This document shows, in pieces, positions 57,608 through 64,000 of a stretch of DNA of 64,000 nucleotides (the first letter of the stretch is position 1; the number at the start of each line of letters is the position of its first letter). Source of the stretch: Neophaeotheca triangularis (lineage: Eukaryota); the NCBI GenBank assembly GCA_054600435.1, contig BAAIJX010000043.1:124001-188000 (forward strand), read 5' to 3'. The notes below the pieces were generated by a model. It was not told the origin of the DNA. It saw nothing but the letters and a program-made list of their open reading frames with translations, and searched no databases. Both the position numbers and the translations under genes were made by a program.

Positions 57608-60220
57608 CTAGTGCCCGATGCCCCCAGCAATCCACTCCGCCCGCGCCGGATCACCTGGCGGAGGAAACATGCCTCCAGCGGCCTGTTGCCCATCCACAGG
57701 CGGTTGCTGCTGCTCACCCTCCCCCTGCCTCCTCTCCTCAGCATTCCGCCTCTGCTGCCTGCGATAGAAAACAAGCCAAGCAAGAGCAGCGAGCAAACCA
57801 CCTATTAGCAGCGTCTCGATCAAATCGTCATCAATATCCGCATCGTCCCAATCGCCACCAGGCATTGGATCGTAGTCGTCGGGTTCATACTGCGCGTCCT
57901 CCATCTCCTGGTGGTACTGTGCGGCATCGGCTTCTAGGAAGTCGTCCAGCCATTGCGACCAGCTGCGCTTCTTCTTTTGCTCCTTGAGCTCCGTCTCGGG
58001 CCCGTCGTCGATACCGTGAATACTGCCGCCCGAGATTCCGTTCCACCAACTGCGCCATCTGAGTTTCCAGAGAGAGAGTTGGACGGGAAGGTAGGCTTCT
58101 GTGTTCGTCGCGAGAGCTTGGTCGTAGAAGCGCTTGGCTAAGTGGAAGTCTTGGTCGATGCCAATGCCGTTTTCGTGCATCCAGCCTAGGTTCCACATTG
58201 CTTGCGCTGAAAGCATGGATTCTGCTGCTGCCTGGTAGCAGGATGCTGCATTTTCGAAAGAGGTTGGTGCACCGAGGCCAGAAAGATAGTAGTCGCCCAC
58301 CTTCACTTGCGAGTCGATGTTGCTCTGTTTTGAGGAGCGAGTCCAGTACGTGAGGGCAAGAGTGGCATCGTTTAGAAGTGCCGCCGTTTTGTCTGTAGCG
58401 CTTGCAGATAACGATCGCAGCCAGGTCAATGGGCTCCATGTTGGCGTAGTATGGTCCAGGAGGTAGGCGACGTTGGCTTGAGCATTCTCTGAGCCTTGCT
58501 CGGCAGCCATAAGGTAGCCGATAAGAGCTTTTTGATTATCGCCATCTTCATAGGCGGCGTAAGAGTCGGTCAACGAACCCCAGATTGCTTCGACCTTCTC
58601 GGCAACTATCTTGTAATGCGCAGCCGCCACATTACACGATCGCTCACGCCCAATACCCTGATCGTTCAGCTCCGCAAGGTAATAAAAAGCTTCAATGTGG
58701 GAGTTGCGAGCAGCGTATTCAAAGTAGCGAATTGCCGTGGGGACGTCGCCTTGATCGAGGAAAAGAGCACCAAGGTTGGTCTGCGCGACGGCCAAATCCT
58801 GGTCAGCGGCTGAAGCCAGCAAGTCTGCAGCCCTCATCACATCAACTTCGACGCCATAACCGCGTAGATACATGATCCCCAGGCTGTACTGACAAAGGGC
58901 GTCGCCGTTGGCCAAACCTCGTAGAAACCAGATTTTTGCCTTGCTGAAGCTCTGCTCCATGCCTTCGCCGCGCAAAAACATCCGACCAAGGTATCCCGCG
59001 GCCTTCGATGCCAGCTTCTCAGTACTGGGAGAGACGTCGCTCTTGATTTTGCCGTCACTGGCCCAGTATTGTCGTGCGACGGTCATGAAGTATTCCTTGG
59101 CCACCTTGACGTCACGAGGCAGTCCGCGTGCGCCATCATAATGGAGACGAGCGAGCCCATAGGTTGATGTAAGCTGGCCCTTTGATGACTGAAAGTGCAG
59201 ATACTCGAGGACATCGTCCACGTCTGCATATGCATCGCTCGTGGGGCCACCCTGCTTCGCGAGCATACCAGCGCTACTGACGGAAGCGCCTTCGCCATAC
59301 ACACCGCCATGCTCATCTGCCAGCCTATAGCTCTCACGAACTAGACTGTTGCCGCCGGGAGGTCCGGATCGGTAGTATTGTATAGCCTTGTCCGCCACTT
59401 TCCTGTACCAGTGCACAGCTTCATCACAGTTCCTCGGCGTTGCAACACCCGCGTAGTGCCTATACGCCAGAGTCATCTCTGATCTTGTGTTCCCCTGCTC
59501 CGCCGCGAAAGTGTGATAAAGCATGCTCTTAGCCTGGTCTGCCGGTCTATCCACGCTCAACCCCGTGGCATACAGAAACCCCACCATATATTGTGCTGTA
59601 CTGTTGCCATCCAACGCCGCCAATTGTTCGTAAAGGTCGAAAGCTGTTTCGTAGTTGATCGGGTGCGTGTAGTTTCCATGGAAGTTCATCTCCGCCAACA
59701 GAAAGAGAGCGTCCGGGTCGTCATCCTTCGCAGCCTCCTTGAGCAGCTTGACTGCCTGACCCAGGGGCTCTCCAAGCTTGGCTGGGCGGCTGGAAGAAGT
59801 CGTCAAGACGTTGGACGATTGCGGAGCGTTCATGAAAAGGAGTACGAAGGCTTCTTTGGCGTAATAGACAGTGGTCCCAAGGAAGCCTTTCGGCTTAGCT
59901 GTGTATTGGACTAGCTTTGAGGTCGTTGGCGGTTTGATCTTGCGCAACAGATCTGAGGCCTCGTTGACCGCTTCCGAGGTCTTTCGATCATGCTGCCCGT
60001 TGGCATGTACATTGTCGGTAGACAGCTCGTCGACGCCAAATACCTCTTGTTTCGGTTGCTGAGCGTCTTCCAAGACAATCTCTTCATGGGCATAAGACGA
60101 AGCGAGGAAGAAGAGGAAAGTAACTAGACAGGTATTAGAAAAAGGCTGGGCGACATTATTAGCAAAAAGAGTAGACATGCCTAGTAGAAGAGGCGCATTG
60201 CGCCAGCTGCTGTGTCTCAT
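57608..60220 (-). CDS. HRD3: Sel1-repeat ERAD component Hrd3/SEL1L
   Basis: Signal region, many Sel1 repeats (AQYMVGFLYATG, AAGYLGRMFLRGEG, AMWNLGWMHENGIGIDQDFHLAKRFYDQAL), C-terminal TM helix. Confidence 0.95.
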   Translation of the reverse strand: MRHSSWRNAPLLLGMSTLFANNVAQPFSNTCLVTFLFFLASSYAHEEIVLEDAQQPKQEVFGVDELSTDNVHANGQHDRKTSEAVNEASDLLRKIKPPTTSKLVQYTAKPKGFLGTTVYYAKEAFVLLFMNAPQSSNVLTTSSSRPAKLGEPLGQAVKLLKEAAKDDDPDALFLLAEMNFHGNYTHPINYETAFDLYEQLAALDGNSTAQYMVGFLYATGLSVDRPADQAKSMLYHTFAAEQGNTRSEMTLAYRHYAGVATPRNCDEAVHWYRKVADKAIQYYRSGPPGGNSLVRESYRLADEHGGVYGEGASVSSAGMLAKQGGPTSDAYADVDDVLEYLHFQSSKGQLTSTYGLARLHYDGARGLPRDVKVAKEYFMTVARQYWASDGKIKSDVSPSTEKLASKAAGYLGRMFLRGEGMEQSFSKAKIWFLRGLANGDALCQYSLGIMYLRGYGVEVDVMRAADLLASAADQDLAVAQTNLGALFLDQGDVPTAIRYFEYAARNSHIEAFYYLAELNDQGIGRERSCNVAAAHYKIVAEKVEAIWGSLTDSYAAYEDGDNQKALIGYLMAAEQGSENAQANVAYLLDHTTPTWSPLTWLRSLSASATDKTAALLNDATLALTYWTRSSKQSNIDSQVKVGDYYLSGLGAPTSFENAASCYQAAAESMLSAQAMWNLGWMHENGIGIDQDFHLAKRFYDQALATNTEAYLPVQLSLWKLRWRSWWNGISGGSIHGIDDGPETELKEQKKKRSWSQWLDDFLEADAAQYHQEMEDAQYEPDDYDPMPGGDWDDADIDDDLIETLLIGGLLAALAWLVFYRRQQRRNAEERRQGEGEQQQPPVDGQQAAGGMFPPPGDPARAEWIAGGIGH

Positions 60221-60982
60221 CTTGGACGCTGGTTACAGGTGCGATTCCAATTCCGGCGGACGATACACATGGTACTGCTCAAACATCAACAGCTCACAAG
60301 CATTACCTACTTGGAGCTGGGGGATCGGTAGCAAATGTGTACTAGTATGTCTGTCACTTGGATTGTGTTTGGGCTGACTGGGTGACTGGCCAGCTGGCTA
60401 TCCGTTCCTTTGTCCGGGAGAAGACGAGCAGCAGGCAGTTCGCAGCCACAACCAACGCCAACGCCAACGCCACACCTGATACGACGGTCGTACACTCCTA
60501 CGAAGACTCGGATTTTTTTCCCGCGGCCCCGCGGCTTTACTGAACTTTTAAACTTCTTTGTTTTCCCTTATAGTACTACTCCCTCTTTATTTACACACTA
60601 TGCGCACCTTTGTTATAATGGTTCAAGTCCTACATTTCTTTTATGCCGCAAATTGCGATTATGGCCGTATACGGCCTAAGGCATTATTTCGCGCGGTACG
60701 CGACAGCTATAAAGTCGCGACCTTACTACCTCGTCTACCTTCTACCACTACTACTACCTACCGGTCCCTTTACTCGATCACACTAAGCCTACCTCGTTAG
60801 GGTATAGTAGTCATAGTCTATTAAGTATCTACTAGCTTATAGGCTACATATCATACTAACAAAACTACTAGCTAAAATTCACTCGCTATACCCCCTAAAA
60901 ACAAAAAGTAGGTGTTTTTCCCTAAATTAAATACCTTTTAAGTATACTCTATACTAACTTAGGCTTAAATAGACATAAAGTT

Positions 60983-61363
60983 AGTCCCGAGCCGGACCTA
61001 AGCGATATTACTATCTACGACCTTAAAAGGCTCCGCCGCCCTAAAACTACTAACTCGAGCGACTTTTAGTTCGTGAAGTAAGAGACTTAGGACGAGTAGC
61101 TTAGCAAGTCAAAAGTAGGTACAATATATAAAAATGCAGCTAATAAGTTAAGGAAGTTTACTACGGCTAGTAAGATTATAGAGGATAAGGAGGTTAGGAT
61201 AGATGTAGTAGAGCCTTACTCGGAGTATACTCGCTATAGTAATTAGCTACCTTACCGTGTTTATAAGCGCCTTAAGCTCGAGAGCGGCATAGTAGTCGAT
61301 AAGGGGGAGATATATGCGCTTTATAAAAGGTAGAGTAAGTCTCGCTACACTACTAACTACTAA
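60983..61363 (+). pseudogene. RIP-inactivated ORF with a masked Cys6 zinc-cluster-like motif
   Basis: SPEPDLSDITIYDLKRLRRPK...EPYSEYTRYSN*LPYRVYKRLKLESGIVVDKGEIYALYKR*SKSRY; all stops are TAG/TAA. Confidence 0.55.
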
Positions 61364-61711
61364 AAGAGTCCCCCCTCGATTAAGGAGCGATTACAACTAG
61401 CGGAGGCTATAATTATGACTCTCTCTACTAGAGTCCGTACGCTCGAGTCTATAAGGCCGTAAGTAAGGGGAGGTTAAATAAGGAGTTTTAGGTTTTAAGG
61501 GCTAAATCTAGCTATTATACCCCTAAGTTAACTACGAGTCGGAGTTTGTTTACTTTAAAAATCAATGAATTTATTAAATCTTACCTAAATTCAACTAATT
61601 AACCCTATAAACCTTAATTTTACTCCTTAAAATCTATGAAAAATCACTAAAAAAACTCGAATTTTAAGAATTTCTCTTATATTATAAATTGAGAAGCAAA
61701 AAAAGAACGAT

Positions 61712-62051
61712 TTATTAATACTTATATGCAAATAGTAGCTAACTCGCAATTTTACAAAATAAAAAGGATAAGAAAAGAAGGAAAAACTAGTAACTAAAAG
61801 AAAAAACCACTTAATTCAAGAGCAAATCCGCGAAAAAAAAAGCAAAAAAAAAAGTATATTATTAATACTTATGCCTATATAGTAGTTAACTCGTAAAATA
61901 GACTAAACTAAACTCCTACCCTAAAAAACTAAATTAATCAAAAAAAGACTAAAAATCAAAAGAAAAAACCTCTTAGAGCGCCCGGTCATTATAAGAAGAA
62001 AAAAACCGAGATTTTGTTAATATTTATGCGTACATAGTGGCTAACTCGCAA
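61712..62051. repeat. Three ~150-bp tandem units with a 38-bp conserved core and A-tract spacers
   Basis: Cores at 61712-61749, 61859-61896 and 62014-62051 (e.g. TTGTTAATATTTATGCGTACATAGTGGCTAACTCGCAA). Confidence 0.85.
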
Positions 62052-62161
62052 ACATATTTCTTTTAAGTAAAAAAAACGAAAAAAAGCAGTAATCATAAGC
62101 ACTAAGTCCTACGGCTCCCCCCTACACCTACATAGAGTATAGGTACTATAAGTCTCCTACT

Positions 62162-63326
62162 ATTTACCCCTTCTTCCCCCTTCCTTTACCCTTACCCTTA
62201 CCCCTAGACTTTCCCTACCCCTATCCCCCCTACTAACCTCCGTCTTCCTTATCGATAGGCCTAGCTCGTTTAGAGCGGCGAGGCATCTTCCCTTCCTTAC
62301 CATATAACTTATCGCTAGTCCGTATACCGCTAGAACCCCTATTATTATAGGTAAGAGGGTCGAGGGGGTCTAAAGGTAGTAGACTCGATAAGCGCGACAA
62401 ACTGTCGTTACTAGTACTAGTCATATCTTACTTATCTCGCGTAGTAGATTTACTGTCCGCTTCCCCCTCCGGTTCCCCCTCTTACTCCCCCTCTTACTCC
62501 GTATCCCCTCCGTACCCTATAAATGTATTAAAGGTCGGCCTAGGGACTAGATCGTAATAGAACAACTCGTTCCCGCCTTACATAGCAGCTCATATAGCTT
62601 ATAGGGTTAGTATATAGCCTACTAGGTCTATAAACTCCCTAATCACGTTAGGGAGCTATACCCTCGAAGTCTATAACTACTCCTTCTTAATCGGCGTATC
62701 TCTAGTCTCTATACTATAGCGTACATCTTCGCTAGCGTCGTCGCTAGTCCGGTGGTTCTAGGGTGTTACTATTGTCTTACTCTTCTTACTCTTCTTCTTT
62801 TTGCTCTAATAGTTAGTACGTAACTAGATAACGATTACTACCTTATAAGGCTTGTTTTTACTAGCCTTAAAGGAGATTAGTACTTCTCGGACCGACATGC
62901 TCTCGACTACACTACTATAGTCGCGCGGACAATCGTCGTCGTCGAAACTATTGATAAAGCGATAAGTGTAGTACCGAGTCTAGGTCGATTTAGGGTCCCT
63001 CGTCTACTTATTACTATACCGCGTAGTCAAAAAGCCTAAAAGAGATAAGCTAGACTCGACGAAAGCCTACTCTATAAAGCCGTCCGTAACCTCCTAGATC
63101 TTACGTAGCTCGTCATACTTCTATAGGTCTATACTAGGCTCGTCGCCGCTATAAGTAATAATAGTAACCTCTTATAACTAAAAAGTGACCTCTATCCGGA
63201 ACTTAATAGGCTTTAGAGCTAGAGGTCCGGAGCTATTACTACGCTAAGTCGCCTCCGAGTTATGTAAGCTTAAAGCCGTTAAGCCTATATAAGGCCTACC
63301 CTAGAGGTTTTGTAGTCGATTACTAG
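62162..63326 (-). pseudogene. RIP-inactivated ORF of unknown function, truncated by the LTR insertion
   Basis: KPIKFRIEVTF*L*EVTIITYSGDEPSIDL*KYDELRKI*EVTDGFIE*AFVES...SKKKKSKKSK..., followed by a G/K-rich tail GKSRGKGKGKGRGKK; stops are mostly TAG/TAA. Confidence 0.6.
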
Positions 63327-63542
63327 TGTGAGAGGGAGAATCCCCTTCACATGATGTATAAGCCGTACGTGATCCGTACGAGCTATGCTTAGCACCTACA
63401 GCTAAATATTAGCTAAGTCGGGTACCTACATATAAGTTCCTCAAGAAATATTGTATATACATTATAGTAGACACATTTCCATCTCACGCTACTAGTTAGT
63501 GTTATGCTGTACATATTCTACATTAGACAATATACCCTTACA
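63327..63542 (+). mobile_element. 5' LTR of a Ty3/Gypsy (Tf1/chromovirus-type) retrotransposon
   Basis: TG(TGAG)...(CTTA)CA termini, 216 bp, internal TATAAG at 63431, followed by a PBS-like sequence and gag; second LTR lies outside the window. Confidence 0.75.
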
Positions 63543-63599
63543 TAATATTTCTTTAGAGATAGTAGCCCGAGATAGTCGAGACACGCTAATCGTCCCGCC

Positions 63600-64000
63600 T
63601 AGTGTCGGATAAAACCTAGCGACTAGGGACAAGCGATTCGTACATAGACCGCGACTTAGATATAGGCATCCTAGCGACGATTAGCGAGCGAATCGCCACG
63701 CTTAAAGTAGAGCGAGATGCGCTACGCTAAGCGTCTACCCTTACACGACTAGAGCGCGATGTGGAGGCGCTAAGACGAGGTAAAGAACCCGCCTTAGAGC
63801 CGGGTCGTACGACGACTACACCTTAAGAGCACGCGGTGAAGAAGCGCACATTACGACTAAAAGACCCGGAAAACTATAGTAGAAAAACGCTAAAGGCATA
63901 TAGAGTTTTCATGCGGGAGTGTGAAATGGCTTTTAATGTGACCCTAGACAACTTTTAAAGCGATCACTATAAGATCATATAGGCTATGTAGTTTCTCCGA
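63600..64000 (+). pseudogene. RIP-mutated retrotransposon gag, runs off the window end
   Basis: LRLKDPENYSRKTLKAYRVFMRECEMAFNVTLDNF*SDHYKII*AM*FLR resembles the fungal Gypsy gag pattern (P..Y.G....F...CE..F......D..KI.WA..FL); start approximate. Confidence 0.8.

Larger units (their letters stand above)
60499..64000. mobile_element. AT-rich RIP-mutated nested repeat block
   Basis: Abrupt loss of CpA/TpG and excess TpA from ~60500; coding-like frames riddled with TAG/TAA; left boundary approximate. Confidence 0.9.

Noticed and set aside
60507..62010. Inverted match CTCGGATTTTTTTC (60507) / GAAAAAAACCGAG (61998-62010) as TIRs
   Set aside because: Mostly homopolymer, does not extend, no TSD seen
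61712..62051. CRISPR-like repeat-spacer appearance
   Set aside because: Eukaryotic context, ~110-bp mutually similar A-rich spacers, no cas genes

Overview
Eukaryotic (fungal) genomic DNA. The short GT-AG introns with CTRAC branch points, the gene content and the RIP signatures point to a filamentous ascomycete, probably a Dothideomycete (inference). Bases 1 to ~60,450 are gene-dense with about 24 protein-coding genes: TM9/EMP70, a membrane cupredoxin-like protein, a TEA/AbaA factor, MRD1, dynein LC8, a Zn-ribbon protein, an HMG-box protein, copper amine oxidase, FRG1, urease, a quinone reductase, DSK2, L-arabinitol dehydrogenase, a divergent kinase, SCOC/Slo1-like, a 2OG-Fe oxygenase, a GT1 sterol glucosyltransferase, an ABM protein, Tfb6, Hrd3 and several hypotheticals. 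Several multi-exon genes are missed or split by the ORF track. From ~60,500 to the end is an AT-rich, RIP-mutated nest of repeats: two convergent dead ORFs, a ~150-bp tandem array, and a Ty3/Gypsy LTR plus gag. Highlights are an intronic snR64-like box C/D snoRNA in MRD1, seven AbaA/TEA CATTCY sites upstream of the TEA gene, a cryptic degenerate LOV-like protein, a self-priming PBS next to the LTR, a RIP-masked six-Cys motif, a probable in-frame GC-AG intron, and repeated orientation-independent C-rich to G-rich skew switches. All calls come from manual reading; no database searches were run.
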